Source of the DNA: Cirrosporium novae-zelandiae
Taxonomy: Eukaryota
Direction: 5' to 3'
DNA: 64,000 nucleotides
NCBI GenBank assembly: GCA_026023565.1
Contig: JAPETS010000007.1
Span: 682,001-746,000 of the forward strand
Shown here: positions 1 to 14,139 of the stretch, piece by piece
How the letters are laid out: the number at the start of each line of letters is the position of its first letter
Position numbering within the stretch: the stretch's first letter is position 1
The notes under the pieces: generated by a model
Databases searched by the model: none
Seen by the model: only the letters and a program-made list of their open reading frames with translations
Told to the model about the DNA's origin: nothing
Translations under genes and position numbers: made by a program

Positions 1-338
1 CTCGCGCAGTTAACATACTGTCATAAACATAAAGGCAAAGGCATGCGATGCTTGTATCTCATTTAGCCAAGTCATGAGGCAGCATTGGTATCATAAAAAA
101 AAACATCAAGCCAAAAACAGGCTGTATTTTAGGGTTGCTTGCTCCTACCGCTGATGCAAACGAGAGTGGAAGGGTATCTTCAGAGATAAGAGATGAACGC
201 ATAAACTAGGTGAAAATAAGTAAGACTGCCGCAAGACTTGTAGATGCTCTCTCTTCTAGCAAACACAAAAATTTGAATGTTCGGCGTCGTAGGAAGTACC
301 AACGAACAGGTATAATGATTTTAAGTATTTCGCTATCG

Positions 339-2313
339 TTATGCTGCGAAGGACGATACCATGTGGAGGGGTTTAGACTCCTTCCGGTAAGCCCAGCCTT
401 TAATCGCCATTACAGTCAACATCCATGCCATAAGAAAGGCGGTCAAACCAAGTGCAATGACCGTGACGAACATGGCATCAAGGTCATAGTGGCTAAAAGC
501 CTGAACAGTAGCACGGCTACTGAGCATGAAGATCACTCCACCAGAAATTAGACCGAAGGATGCGATAACCTCCGTAGGGGGTCTCGACGGGAGCATGGAA
601 GTAGGCGGAGAGAGGTATGTCAAAGCGTAAGTAGCGATTCTTGCAAGACCAAAAATCATAAGCATAGTACCCCACTTCTTGTGGACCATAGAAGAAAGCA
701 TCATGTCCTGAGAGTGATCTCCCATCATCGAACCGAGAAGCATGATAATAAGAGCAGGGAATGGATTCATAGAGACCGAATAGGTACTTGGTGGATGGAT
801 ATCCTGATGTGTCTTGATCGCACCCCGACCCCCAACGGACACCTGGGCATTGATGGCTGAATTCGAATGAGCTAGAATACTTGTGTTCAACAAGTCTCGA
901 ATCTTGGTGGATTCGAGGAACATACCACACTAAAGAAGAGGTTGTCAGCGATTCGTGTTTTACATTGTCACTCCCAGTCTTGCACTTACCAATCCCCCAC
1001 CAAAGAACAAAATCGCAATAGAAACATGCTCCAAATCCATGGAACTCCAGGCGGCACCCCAGGCAGTAAGATGCTCCAGCCAGACATTGATACAGCCGTA
1101 TAGCCAAATGACAAAAGATTCAGTGAATTCCGCAGAAGGAACTTTGGCTCTCCAACCGACAACGCCTTTGGAAGGGTTGACATTCCACGCCCATCCAAAG
1201 TTGGCAAAGCATCCCATCCAGCGTCCAAGGGTGAGTAATCCGTACCAAAAGAAAATACCACCTTTGATCCAATGCGCCAGACCATTGAATACTTCTGAAC
1301 CTTTCTATGAGGAGGTTAGATTACACCACAAAAAATCATGTGCGAGACTTACGAAGAATCCTCCATACGTAGCTACACCACTCAGTATCGCAATAAAGCC
1401 AAAGAGCAAACTTGTTCGATCGACCAGCTCATAGAAAATTTCAGTGGTTTTCAACAGTCCCCCTGATAATATTCCAGGGATATGCTTGGATAGAAAGCGA
1501 TCTAGTGCCGTATTGCGCAGAAGTCTTGGCTTGGTTTCACCCGTCTTTTCATCCTCCTCCCCATCCTCATCTTCGTGATAGGCCCTTCGGAAATCCTCAG
1601 CTTGGAGCGAGGAAAATTCTACACTTGGTGGGAATGAATCGCTTCTCCGCAGCGATGCGGACGTTGGCTCAGCTCCAACGCCACTATCCCTAGACCACCG
1701 GTATTCATGGGACATTCCCATCGATTCTGAACGATTGCGCTCCTCTATATTTTCGGTAGATACTGGAAGGAAAGCTGCCTGTTCATAACGAGTACCAGTA
1801 GTTTCTTTGCTTCGGCCAGTGTACAAAAACACTAGGCCCATGGTAACCTGTGCTAAAACTACCCACGTCGCAATCCATCCTATTTTGTGATGCGCATTGT
1901 TCTTGTAGAGGTCCGGAGTCTGGCTATTGTAAATGATCGAAAGAAGAACCCCAACACTGTTGAAGACCAGGAAAAGGAGCTGGACGGGTAGGGTAAACCG
2001 GGAACGAACTATACTAAGCATCACAGCTTCATGAGAGTTTAGCTTCTGATATCTAATATATAAGCTAAGATGAGTACAAACCTATGGGTAAGACAAAGAC
2101 CCAAGCAATGGTCATCAAAGCAATATGCGCTATCATTGTTCCAGTGTGTGTAGAAAGGTTGAAATAGGTTTCTGGAACTACTGCATTTTCTGCTGACGCA
2201 GACTCCTGACCCACTTCCATGTTGGAGTCTTCATCATGGCCATGAGCTGCTACTAGAGGTACAACCTCCAGCAAGACGATTGCAGAGATACTAAGTAAAA
2301 CGTTCCGCAGCAT
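339..2313 (-). CDS. Ytp1-like polytopic integral membrane protein (DUF2427 / Ytp1 C-terminal family), 4 exons
   Basis: ORF pieces 2065-2313, 1305-2024, 960-1217 and 339-923 join through GT-AG introns (~2027-2081, ~1305-1352, ~930-989). Signal peptide followed by AHGHD, then many TM helices. Motifs MIAHIALMTIAWVFVLP, PDLYKNNAHHKIGW, GWAWN, FTESFVIWLYG, WLEHL, DLEHVSI, NPFPALI and PSRPPTE match this fungal family. Confidence 0.8.
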
Positions 2314-5300
2314 GAGCGTAAAGTCCGAACAAAGACGGATGCTTTATTTTCGGATAAGAGGATGAGTAGTGATGTAAAAGTCTAAATATAAAGACACTAT
2401 ATAAGACTGTTTAGAGGATGTTGGTTTTTTGGTGGTTAGAAGGGGTCCCGATGAAAGGGTGTTAATGCGGGGCAAATGAAAAGGGTTATCTATAGAATTG
2501 AGGGGAGATAGAATGAAAAGGACCTGCCAATGGATGGAATTATTTGATAGGGGATATAATTAGATGAAAGAAAAAAGAGACAAAAGGCTTCAGAGGAGGG
2601 CATGTTGTCCATATGTACCTAGATCATCCCCTACATACTGGTAGGAATAGGAAGGAACAAGTAGTGGTAGACAGAGAACGTGGAGCCTTTTTTTTTTCGG
2701 ACTTAAGACTCATCAGATGGTTTTCTCTCTGGCTCACTTTCCAGAAAAAGGGCAAAACATGGGTTCTGATTGATAGCTTGGAGTGATGGATTGATGATGC
2801 GAGCAACGTAGGAAGCTAAGGGAAATAATGACGGCGGAGCCTTTGCAAACCCTGAGACGCCAACGGGCTCTTATGGCCTGAGATTGGTTTAGTTGCCCTT
2901 AGGCCACAACTTAATCCATGCAGCCGCTGACATGGTGGATTTATTCATTTTGTTCTTTCAACTTCCTTGAACTTTAATTGATTCACCTGATAGATGTCTT
3001 TTTGTCAGCGTTGAATATACAAGATCTTGGCAACTCATCAAACAAATCATAGTCCTCAAAATCCCTAGTTCTATTGTTCTTTGAAGATTTATTGGTACAT
3101 CATTAAAGGGCTGCCTGGCTTGTCGGGCTTTCGGCTATCCTAATATACCGATTCCGCCTTTCCCGCCAACTCTGCCCTGTGGGCTCTACTACTTGGTAGA
3201 TTTGTTTTAATGAAAGTGTAAATGACTCGCACAAGAGTCTAACATCTCTGGATTCTGCTTTTATCGGATTAGCTGTTATGATTCAGCTTTGTATGAAACC
3301 ATTATAATGGATAAAGCTCTCATTGTTTCTTAATTGCCACTACATTTACTGTGTACTCAACCCTTCAGATTTTGATATTGATTTCTTCCTCAGTTTTTTT
3401 CGTCTTCATGCGGCACATGTTGTATCAACCATGTTCCAATACCACAAGGGAGGGGGGAACGGCGCTGGAAGCTCTCACCATGGGATGTTCGGAAATTCAC
3501 CGCTTCAACTAGGCGTTCAAATTTAATTCGCGCTGTTGAGGATATCCCGGAACCAGCTCTCTCCAATGTTTTCGATTTCCCCCGGCCATCAAACAGCGTT
3601 TCCAATTACCAAGGGTTCTTAATAGTTGTGGCAATTTCATATTTTGCATAGTGGACACTTATTGAATCGCAAGATTTTTTTCTTGTTAAACCATCAGCTC
3701 GTACGTACTTTTACAAGGGATCAATCTACCTTGGAACTAGCTGCGATACTTTCGGTATTGAACTCTGATGCCGAGCCGAATAGGTGAGTAGGACTCATCA
3801 AGATGTATATTTGAGGAGAGTGACCCGCCTATCAGTCAGCAACTTATTTATTGAGTCACACTTTTCTCCTTCCATGGTATGCACGGGTGGGGATGATAAA
3901 TGATAAGACTCGGATATAACAACCGAGTCAATGTCAGGTTGAATTATAAAACCTTGATGACATTTAGACCACGTCATTGCATAAGTATAACCACAATTGT
4001 GTCATTATTACCCAGCATCATTCCTTTGAACTCTGTACCTTGGTAACTAGCTATTATTTTTTATAAACGAGAAAATAATGATTATCTACACAGTAAATAC
4101 TCGAGTATATGACAAACCAGGGTTGAGGTTTACCATTTAAATTCATTGCTTGTATCCACGTTGCTTCGGTATGTGATCTGTGCATGGCCTTGCAGGAACT
4201 TAAAAGATGAGTGGCTGGTTCGCACAGAGGGTCAACCCACTGCATCATTATTAATGGTTGTAGCCTTGGTATCCTTGGAGACTGGGAGATGGCGGTCCTC
4301 GCCGCCATATTTTTTCATCCTAACTTTCTACCTCTCTTGTGTGGTTTGGCGCGCGCACGAAAACTCTTACACCTTTAAGCTATATCATTCGCACTAATCA
4401 ATCCGACTGTATTTCAAACCCCTCTGTAACAACACCATAATTATTAAGCAATTTATGATATGGAAGGCCCCCGTGACCCAACACAGATCCATTAGTGGTG
4501 AGGTCTGGCAATAACAACAATAGTGGATCTGCGTTACAAGCGGCAACTACTGGTCTCATCCCTGTCTCTCATGCAAGTCTTCCCCACGTTTCACAGTCGC
4601 GTAAGAAAAGTACAGGAAAGTACATGCAGTCCATATGTTTTTAATTCACGACTCGGCATCAACCGATGATATATTTTCAGGTTGGCTATGATGAGATTGA
4701 ATGAAACCACAACCACATATTTATGGATCCAGTTGGGCGAGGATTCCTGTCTCCCTAAAGCATTCCATCGTGCCCAGGCATCAGCTAGTGTAACTTAGAA
4801 AATTCAGGCTCATCGAACTCGTAGTTGCTAAGTAGCGGACCAGGGGCATAATGATTAAGAACTAAGAATACTTTATTCATCGTACTTTTACGAAGGTAGC
4901 TATAAGGTAGCGACGGTTCCTTAATCTTTAGATACTTAGTCCAATAGGAGGGAATAATCCTAGATCATTAGTATTTAACCCTTAAGCAGATTAGCTGGCC
5001 GGTCATTTTATCTGGAAAGGTCCATTAATATATTATCTAGTACAATGATAGTCACTGTAGATTCCTCCTGGATTGGTGAACTCGTGATACCTTGATACGA
5101 ATGGTCCTCATATATAATCTTGGAGTCTAGAGGGCGTGCTAATGGAAAGGCTCGGTCCTAGGACGTCAATTGAGACTTCGAAACCCCTTTTTTGTTGAGT
5201 TATGTACAGTATTATGCTCCCATTTTTGACCCTCCCTACAGACTGAAGACAGTGAAGGAGGTGATTCTTGCTCTAGCTGAAATAGCTGTGAATGTGCTAT

Positions 5301-5523
5301 CTGAGGCCCATAGTTAATGGACGAAAGTTCCCAAACGATGAAATCACAGCAAGCATCAACATTTCCGCCTAGAACTGTACGCATAAAGGAAGATCAATCA
5401 TATCTTTCCAGGGATTTTGCTGTTCAGAGATCCAACTGTGGTCCACAAATACGAACAGAACTTATGGTGACTACCTTTCATGCAAATAGCATAGATCTTT
5501 AGAGGTAAAATAATTTTCCTTGG

Positions 5524-6553
5524 TCATCTCCATCTCCATGCACTACATTCAAAGTTCGCATAGCATCGAAATGCATTGCTCAGGCGACTGCCATTATGCT
5601 CTGGTTCAAAGGTTGTAGTTTTGACTGGGTATACCTTTAATATAAGGCTTTCCATCCTCTCCCCGGTGCACACAATAATCATTTTATCACCGGCATTGGC
5701 ACCTTTTGATGGCTCGTCCGGCCGTAAGAGCCATCGAGCTGTAAGTGCAGCTATATTTTAGATAACATTAGCTAAAGACCATATTAGCAATACTCTGGGA
5801 ATTAGAATATACCTTTTGTTTGGCAGTCCTCGCTCAAAAAAGGTGGATCGCATATGATTCGGTTGAATCTACCTTTGAAATCGGCTTAAGGTATGTTAGT
5901 AGTATGTTCAATTTCTGTTCAAGTACCAACTCAACAGGTTCGAATTTAAGATTCCCGCTGACCTGGAAGCTTAAGAGGACTATTGAAGTCATAGAATATA
6001 AATTCAGAGAATACCGCAAACCGATCATCGTACTCCAGCAGCCGGACCTGCGGGCGGTTATTTTGAGGGAGGTTGCTCTTCATGGGTTGTAGTTAGCCTG
6101 GTTCTATCGCATCTAAACCAAGTGCATATCGATACAGACCATGATATTTCTCAGTTGTACGAAGACACTGGGTGCTGAGACGACAGCTATCCATGTATCA
6201 TTTGTTGCCCCATCAAGTAATTGCTCGGCAAGGCTTTTGGCTGTATCTTCACTATACTACTTTGGATTCATTTAATAACATGCTCAAAACTTAGGGTACT
6301 TCTCGCATTACCCAGAATTGGCTGGCGTTCCAATCTTCTGTGAATGCAGCCATGTCCACATTTCTGTCACTGGCTTGGTTTTCTGCTTCAGCCTTCAAGT
6401 CTTCAAACTCCTGCTGGCGTTGGTCCCTTTCGGAATAGAATTCTTTTAGTGCATCCAGGGTGGAAGCTGATAGCTTTCTAGATCACAAGGAAATCAGTTT
6501 TGAACATCATTTAGACAATCGAAATTATACATGTCATCATTTTCGCTTTCCAT
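5524..6553 (-). CDS. EFM5: Protein-lysine N-methyltransferase Efm5 (eEF1A methyltransferase, EEF1AKMT1/N6AMT2 family), 6 exons, ~239 aa
   Basis: Manual splice with introns 6478-6530, 6257-6311, 6078-6139, 5885-5962 and 5751-5812 gives 720 nt in frame: [22 protein letters not shown]...[17 protein letters not shown]...[10 protein letters not shown]...[15 protein letters not shown]...[12 protein letters not shown]...IIVCTGERM...[12 protein letters not shown]. EDWxxSQFWY and DPPF are family hallmarks. Confidence 0.93.
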
Positions 6554-6842
6554 CTCTGCATTTACAGCCTTAGAAGAAGAGAAAAAGAGAATATGTGAAT
6601 TTAGAATCTCTTAGAAGAAAGCGTGCTCTTTAAGGGAATGAAATGCTTGGGAAATCTCTAGTGGTTCATTGATAATATGAAGAGAATATTCATTCTCTAA
6701 AATTGTGAGTTTTAACCAATCGTGTATATCGGAACTTGCCATGTAGGTTTGCTTGGTATCCCGTGCAACTTCAATTCGCGATAATTGAAGCCGGCTAGCC
6801 AAATGCGAGAGATGGCATGAAATTTAAGTATTAGTTGTATCA

Positions 6843-8936
6843 ATGGCTCTCTTAGGTACTTTGAAACCCCCCAAGCCTCAAAATCCCTCCTGCTAATGGT
6901 CTTAAAGGAGCTGCCCTCTTGTCTTTACGTCGAGACCCTCGGATTCAGAAGCTATGGCCCTTCCTATCCGCGTTGTCTATACTTGTAGGAATAACATGGC
7001 TATTTTTATTACCTCTCGATGGCTATTCACGGCAGACATATGTTTCTGAAAATGCTCTCCTCCCCGGTCAAGTTCATACGTACTTCAGTGGTAGCGAGCA
7101 GAATATATTTCGTGCTTTCAGACAAGAGGTGGAGGACCTATGGCAATCCAATGATACAAGGTATGAATTGGCGTCAATTATGAAGAGCAAAATATCCGAT
7201 AGTTGCTGACGTATTGTCAGTTTTGCTCCTAAGATCAGAAAAATATTCACCGAGTCTGGATTGAAGGTTGCAAGTCAGAAATATAAATATCATTCTGCAG
7301 GCAATGTCTACGCCGGAGAAAATGTATATGCACTCATACGTGCCCCTAGGGGTGACGGTACTGAAGCCATAGTTATCATTGCTCCTTGGATTAGTCCAGA
7401 TGGGTTACCAAATAAACATGGAGTGGCTCTTGTATTGACACTGGCTCGATATTTTCAGAGTATGTCTATTGATTTTGCTATTGAACATATACTGATTGTA
7501 ATATTCAGGATGGTCTCTTTGGTCCAAGGACATCATCTTTCTGGTAACGGCTGACAGCAGAGCTGGATCTCAAGCCTGGGTAGATGCATATCATAACATG
7601 CATGATCCTTCCAAAATTGCTTCCCTTCCCCTTAAAAGCGGAGCTCTACAAGGTGCAATGGTTGTCGATTACTCCCTGGACCATCGCTTTGAATCTTTGC
7701 ATATACTCTATGATGGTGTCAATGGACAGCTTCCAAATCTCGATCTTTTTAACACCGCCGTGGCTATTGCCAGCGGACAGATGGGTATAGGCATCTCTTT
7801 ACAACGGATGTGGCACCATGACGACTCTTACGAGCACCGTCTACAGACCATGGTCAGAGGAATGCTAAGTCAAGGCCTAGGGCATGCATCTGGCCCCCAC
7901 AGCAGTTTTGTACCGTATCATATAGATGCCATAACTCTTCAGGCCACGGGAGATGGGTGGCAGGATGAGATGGCTTTTGGAAGATCCATTGAGGGTCTTA
8001 CCAGAAGTTTGAATAACCTTTTAGAGCATTTCCATCAGAGTTTTTTCTTCTACTTACTTATGCAGGCAAACCGATTTGTTAGCATAGGAACATATCTTCC
8101 TAGCGCAATGCTGGTGGCTGTGAACTTCACGATTATGGCCATCGCCTTATGGGTAAAGAGTGGAAGCCCCGAGCTACAAAAGATAACTTCCAAAAGCACT
8201 TCTACAGCGCCTATAGAAAAGGTTGAGATGAAAGCAATTGAATTTGGCGGAGCAACAGCAGTTGTACCGCAGGAAATGGTGACTGTCCTCGAGAGGAAGC
8301 TTTCTCTGCCTCTAACATGTGTCCTTGGCTCACACCTCCTGGGCATGTTTCCTCTCGTTCTTTTCAATCATACCTCTAGCGATGTATGTTATACCCACAG
8401 TCTCTTTTGTCTCATCTGCTAATGCCTCACAGAACTTGGGACTAGCTGCTAGTTTCTTTGCATTCTATCAAACTATTCTCCCCATGGGCCTCGCAATCTT
8501 AATTCACAAACGCTTCACCCCATCACCTCAACAATACATGCTCATGAAATCCTTCTCTCTCCTTCTATTAGGCATGTTCCTCTCCTCTCTTGCGACCGTC
8601 AATTTTTCTCTCTCCTTCATAATTGGCGTCGTCTCAACACCTCTCACCTTCATTCCATTGCCTCCAGCATCCAAGGTTGTTGCAATTGTGTTCATTCTTC
8701 TATTAAGTATGGTATCTCCATTTGGCATCCTCAACATATCTTCGGTATACTGGGGGATTCCTATTGCTCGAATCCTTGAAGAAGCAGCGTTTGGTTGGGA
8801 TGTTTGGGGAATGTGGACGCCGATTGTGGTTTGGTGTATCTGGTGGCCGGCTTGGTTGATCGGCTCTGTGCTCTTGAATTGCTCGATCGTTGATTCTACG
8901 ACGACCATGGGGATGAAGAAAGTTCGGAGACCATAG
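6843..8936 (+). CDS. GAA1: GPI transamidase component Gaa1
   Basis: ATG at 6843 with a short first exon (MALLG) spliced to AALLSLRRDPR. Motifs RQTYVSENALLPGQV, APRGDGTEA, WSLWSKDIIF, NGQLPNLDLFN and RSLNNLLEHFHQSFFFYLL, plus C-terminal TM helices. Four GT-AG introns. Confidence 0.95.
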
Positions 8937-9289
8937 GGAATTATTTTACAAAGGTTCCATGAAGACCTTTAAAGATTATAATGCTATAGATGATTATGAC
9001 TTTAAGTACTTGACCTTCCATGATGCGTAAGAAACATTATATCGGAGCCTTTTAGAGTCGCTGCCTAAGAGATAATATCAAAAGAACAGAGGTAGAGACG
9101 TGTAAAGTTTTTGGCTTCGCGATATCTATATTCCGCCGCATTCCACGACTAATTCGCCTATATATGGACTTGAACGTCGTTTTTATGGATCTTTTGTCAT
9201 GGCCTCGTGCAAAACCCCTGCGCCATACAAAATGTCCGTCGTGTATTATCATCTGCTCTTGGCACTAGCATGCCTGTCTATGAATGTGC

Positions 9290-10539
9290 TTATGCAGCCC
9301 AAACATCTTTGCCGACACCTTCAATCCAGTGACCCAATTGATTGACTCCTGAGTCCCACTCTTTCAGTCTCAGCCTCATGCTATCGATCTGCTTCATATC
9401 GAGAACCTTGGGCTGCACCCAGTTGATTCTTGCTAGTTCAGAAACTTCATCGATGCTCCCCCTCAATAGTCCTAAACTTAGTGCTTTCATGATCAGATGC
9501 TCAATTTCATCTGGCCGTACTTTTGTCTCCTGTGAGATTGCAGAGAAAGACATGGTACGGTCATGTGGTGGCCGGCGGAAAACAGTTTCTGTTAAAGCTG
9601 AGAGAGATATTTTTTCGTATAGGAAGAACTTGTGTTCCTCAAGGAGGCGATTCTTAGAGATGTTTCCGGCGAGCACATCGTAAGCGGCTAGGTCACCCCG
9701 GTTAAAGGCGAAGAGTAGGTCACAGAGCCATGCATGTGGTGTATTACCGAGGGATTCGAGAATAGGATGGAGGAGAAGCTCGCCGAAGTTGTAGATAGAA
9801 TCTGACACTAAAGCTGCAATGCTGAGATCGTATGCTATTCTGGCACGTTCCTGCTTTGCTAGGTCATCAAGATCGATACAAGCTAAGTAAAGAAGGGCAC
9901 TCTTGTAATATGGTGCAAATTCAAGTTTCGCCTACCCGGTCAGCGCTTTTTTTTTAATATTCTAAGATTAAAACATACCTGATGATACTCGGCATTCACT
10001 CGATAAAACCAAGCATGGACAATATTCTCAACAGAGTCAAAATTGTCAAGTATCCGCTCCGATTCATCTAAGATTTTCCTGGCCTCTTCAAAATTCCCTG
10101 CGCCAAGCCTAGCCTTTGCGACGGAGCAGCTAGCATAAACGTAGGCATCCTGTGAAGCGGGCTTATTGACTTGTTCTTTTAGTGTCTCTAGGAAAGTAAG
10201 ACGCTCTTTATCATCTGGTTCTGATGTTAGAAAAGTTGTAACATATATGAAATATGCATTATGAGACGCACCTTTGCAACAACCGGCGCAGGCAAGTGCC
10301 AAAGTGACTAGGTGTAACTGGTTGATCTTGTCGGCAAAGCTGAGGACAAACTTCCTGTATATATCCAACCTTTGTGGCTTGCTCTCTGGCTCTTGAAATA
10401 AATCGAGCAATGTGTTTGTTAACTGATGCCATAACTTTCGTTCCCAAAAATCCTCGAATGAGAGAAAGTAGTGCTGAAGGTCATCTGGGACAGCATCTCG
10501 TTGTTCTGCCAGGAAGTCCGGGATTGTATCAACGTCCAT
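9290..10539 (-). CDS. RPN9: 26S proteasome lid subunit Rpn9 (PCI domain)
   Basis: FEDFWERKLWHQLT N-terminus, IYNFGELLLHPIL, and EHLIMKALSLGLLRGSIDEV...WVQPKVL PCI region. Two introns (~10214-10271, ~9932-9978). Confidence 0.95.
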
Positions 10540-10883
10540 GTTGCGGTCTTGATGGCCCTTGACCAGAGTTTGGAAGTGGTCGACCCGGAAAGGCTTGAGA
10601 AAAGGATTTATTCGAATTGAGGAAGCTATTGTTGATGATTTCAGCGGGGCAAATGAGTGGATATGCGTTGGTTATTGACCTGATTTGATGAGCTTCAGAT
10701 GCTGAAGCTTCACGAACTGAGAGCCTCCGAATTAGCGTCAACCTTATTTTATCCCGACACGCCCGACTGAATAGCGGAACCCACGGCCGAACCGATCCAT
10801 TGATATCATTAACATTAACATTGATATGAACTAAATCCCCACTCCTTTGAAGCTCGATTGGCATACCGAGCTTCTCATTCAAA

Positions 10884-12296
10884 ATGCAGAAGCCTTCTGT
10901 TATGCAGATCACTCGGGCAGCGAGGCAATTGAAGCCTATCCAAACGGTGAATGTCAGGAAAAGCATCCATGACATTGCAATTACCCGGACAGGCAGACCT
11001 ATCATCAAGGTGCCCGGAGGAAGGTTCGTTCATATTTTGCACTCTCTTCTGGTGATCAATGGGGTATGTGCTAATTAGGTTGTCGTAGATCTTCCCTCGG
11101 AGGTTTGTTAACCTATGTTTCTGGGATCCTAATGTTGCTGACTTTCGACCAGGACATACTGCTACAGTCTTTGGGGCGACAGGATTTCTTGGTCGTTATA
11201 TCGTGAATAGACTTGGTATGAGAAACTGGCAGGTGCGGAAGATACCAAGGATTGACATCAAATAGCTGCGCAAGGATGCACGGTTGTAGTTCCCTTTCGC
11301 GAGGAAATGGCAAAAAGACATCTCAAGGTCTCTGGTGATCTAGGGAGAGTTATTTTCATGGTAGGCTATCGTGCCACAAAGGAGAAATAAACAATTGCTT
11401 ATGTACATGGTTCTAGGAATATGACTTGCGAAATACCCAATCGATTGAAGAGAGCGTTCGGCACTCTGATATCGTCTACAATTTAGTAGGACGTCAATAT
11501 CCTACAAAGTATGTGTCGAGAAAATTAACAACCCTGGGGTCATCTGACAATGTCTGCTAGAAATTTCACATATGAGGATGTACATGTGGAGGGCGCCGAA
11601 CGAATTGCTGAAGCAGTAGCTAAATACGATGTTGATCGATTCGTCCATATGTCATCATACAATGCAAATAAGAATTCGGTTTCAGAGTTCTTCCGCACCA
11701 AAGGCTGGGGAGAAGAAGTTGTCCGAAACATTTTCCCCGAAACTACCATCGTTCGGCCTGCCCCCGTCTTCGGGTTCGAGGACAACTTGCTGCACAAGCT
11801 CGCCAGCGTGAGCTACCTATTCACTTCCAACCACATGCAAGAGAGATATTGGCCCGTCCACTGCGTCGATATCGGTGCAGCTCTCGAAAAAATGCTCTTT
11901 GATGACAATACCGCTAGCCAAACCTATGAGCTTTATGGCCCCACCAACTACTCGACCGCGGAGATTGCCGAGCTTGCCGACCGAGAGATCTTCAAGCATC
12001 GGCGTCACATCAACGTCCCAAAGCGCTTCCTGAAGCCAGTGGCGAACATACTAAACAAGGCGATTTGGTGGCACACAATAAGTCCTGACGAGGTTGAGCG
12101 CGAGTTTATAGATCAAGAAATTGACCCGAAGGCGAAGACATTCCAGGACTTGGGGATCGAACCCGCGGAGCTGAGCAGTCTCACATTCCACTACTTGAAG
12201 GGATACAGAAGCTCATCATTCTTTGACCTCCCACCTGCAACTGAGCGAGAAAAGAGGGAAGAAAAGAAATATTTGCATGTCATTGATGACCAGTAA
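10884..12296 (+). CDS. NDUFA9: NADH:ubiquinone oxidoreductase 39/40-kDa accessory subunit (NDUFA9 ortholog, SDR fold)
   Basis: Spliced product contains [47 protein letters not shown] and KNFTYEDVHVEGA, with a mitochondrial-type presequence. Includes a 14-nt exon at 11089-11102. Confidence 0.95.
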
Positions 12297-12595
12297 GCTG
12301 GTAATTTCTTAGACCGAGCATATGTTGGGTGTATAGCAGACCTTGTATATATTTGCTACCGGAATCAATCAGACTCGGCCATTTTCTTTGTAGTTTTCAA
12401 GAAACAGGGCACTTATGAATATCATACTTTGCCCACTTTTCTGACCTCAGGTGCTTGTATCCGGGATATGTAAATGTACTCAAGCTAGCTCTGATTACTT
12501 TAAATAGATATCGCTAAACCGGCATGCTCCCCATAAAACCCAAACCACGCCCTCATCCCATTTCTTAATGTCACTAATCTAGGTCAAATCCGTAT

Positions 12596-14031
12596 ACATA
12601 TGTATGTATGTATGTATGTGGACGGATTCTGCACAGCTAATATCAAATCAATCTAGCAGAACTTTCAGGACTTTCCACAATAGCCCCCCTTACTATTTAC
12701 TATTTACCATTTAGAGAGAGAGAGAAGAGAGATAAATAATCTTATCAAATTCTTATATCCGAGGAGAAAGAAAAAGGACATGCATAAATGTATAAATTTT
12801 TGACCCAATAAAAAAAAACTCACATATTCCTACAAAAAACGAGACGAGATCAGGACCCCTTTTGATGAATCCCTCCGAAGAAGGTTTGATAGGAACGGGG
12901 TTAGGAAGGGAGGAAGGGACTCACCCGGGGGGCAGGGAATACTGTTTGTAACCAACCGAGAATAGAACATAGAACTATATATACATTCTCATTCTCATTC
13001 TGCTTGCAGTTAGAATCTACGGGACTGATTGGCTGGGGGACTGGTTTACCTCAAATAAATACATAAATACATACATACATACATACAGTATTTCAATAGC
13101 TTTGTGATTCCTCCTCGTAGTGAGTGAGTGAGTGAGTGAGTGGTCTAGGTTGGTTATTGCAGTCCTAGTCGGAGTAGCATTTGGAAGTCAATCCTCTAGC
13201 TTCTTCTTTAGAGTTAGTTACATATAGATACTGTTCTTTTCTTTTCTGACCTACTTACCTCTTAGTCTACCTAGCTCACTCATACATCTAGTAAGTACCT
13301 AGGTAGGCAAGACCGAGCTCTATCCATCTAGCACACCCTAGACTCTCTCTCTCTCTCTCTCTCATCAATTGATATGATATGATATAATATCAGCCTGCTC
13401 TGCTTGAGGAATATGGGTTCGGAATTTTTTTAATCTATTCCAAGTTATGTTCATGTCTATGTGAAGTTGGGACGTGAGCGGGCGAGCGAGCTAGCTAGTC
13501 GGGATAATAATGTAAAGTTGAGGAGAGTGTATTGAGGCACTAATAGTTAGTGGAGGGAGGGAGGGAGGTTTGAGAATATATATCATTGGGGTGAAAGTGT
13601 ATAGTGAGGAGGAAGAGGAAGAGGAAGAGGAAGGAAAGGGGAGGGAAGTAATGCCGCCGCCACCGCTTCACGAACAACTTTCTTTCCTATCCATCCCATC
13701 CATCTCTCCAACCCCCATAACAACAAAAAACACAAAAACAACGTCTCCGTTATATTATCCTTTAAAAGGAGGAAAAATAAAAAAAAATTGGATTTTTAGA
13801 TAGATTTTTTCTTTTTCTCCCCTCGACCGGAATCGAGCCGGTGACCTTTCGGTTTCAATCATAAACATTACAGCCGAACGTGATATCCAACTACACCACA
13901 AGGGGGCGGGTAAGCAAGGTATGAAGTTTTGAGGTAGGTAATTAACATATTGCAGTAAATCTGTTTGTGCGTGTGTTTTGTTTGTTTGTTTGTTTGTTTT
14001 GCCTGTTTTGCTTGTCGTTTGCTTGTTTGTT
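12596..14031. repeat. Microsatellite-rich intergenic tract: (TATG)n, (AG)n, (CATA)n, (GTGA)n, (CT)n, (GAGGAA)n, (TTTG)n
   Basis: Short tandem arrays directly visible at ~12596, ~12713, ~13066, ~13120, ~13343, ~13608 and ~13976. Confidence 0.85.
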
Positions 14032-14139
14032 TCCCACACAGGAAATGCGGCATAGGAATCGAATCTTCCATGTTTCAAAGATGCTCTTCATACTATCCAA
14101 AAAAACCACACCACACCAACAAAAAAATTAACAAATCTC

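Noticed and set aside
2400..5500. Short ORFs between the Ytp1-like gene and EFM5
   Set aside because: No motif, no coherent splice path, mostly non-ATG starts.
12824..12832. ATATTCCTA matching the snR30/U17 m1 motif
   Set aside because: No m2 (AAACCAT) motif or ACA box at the expected downstream position.
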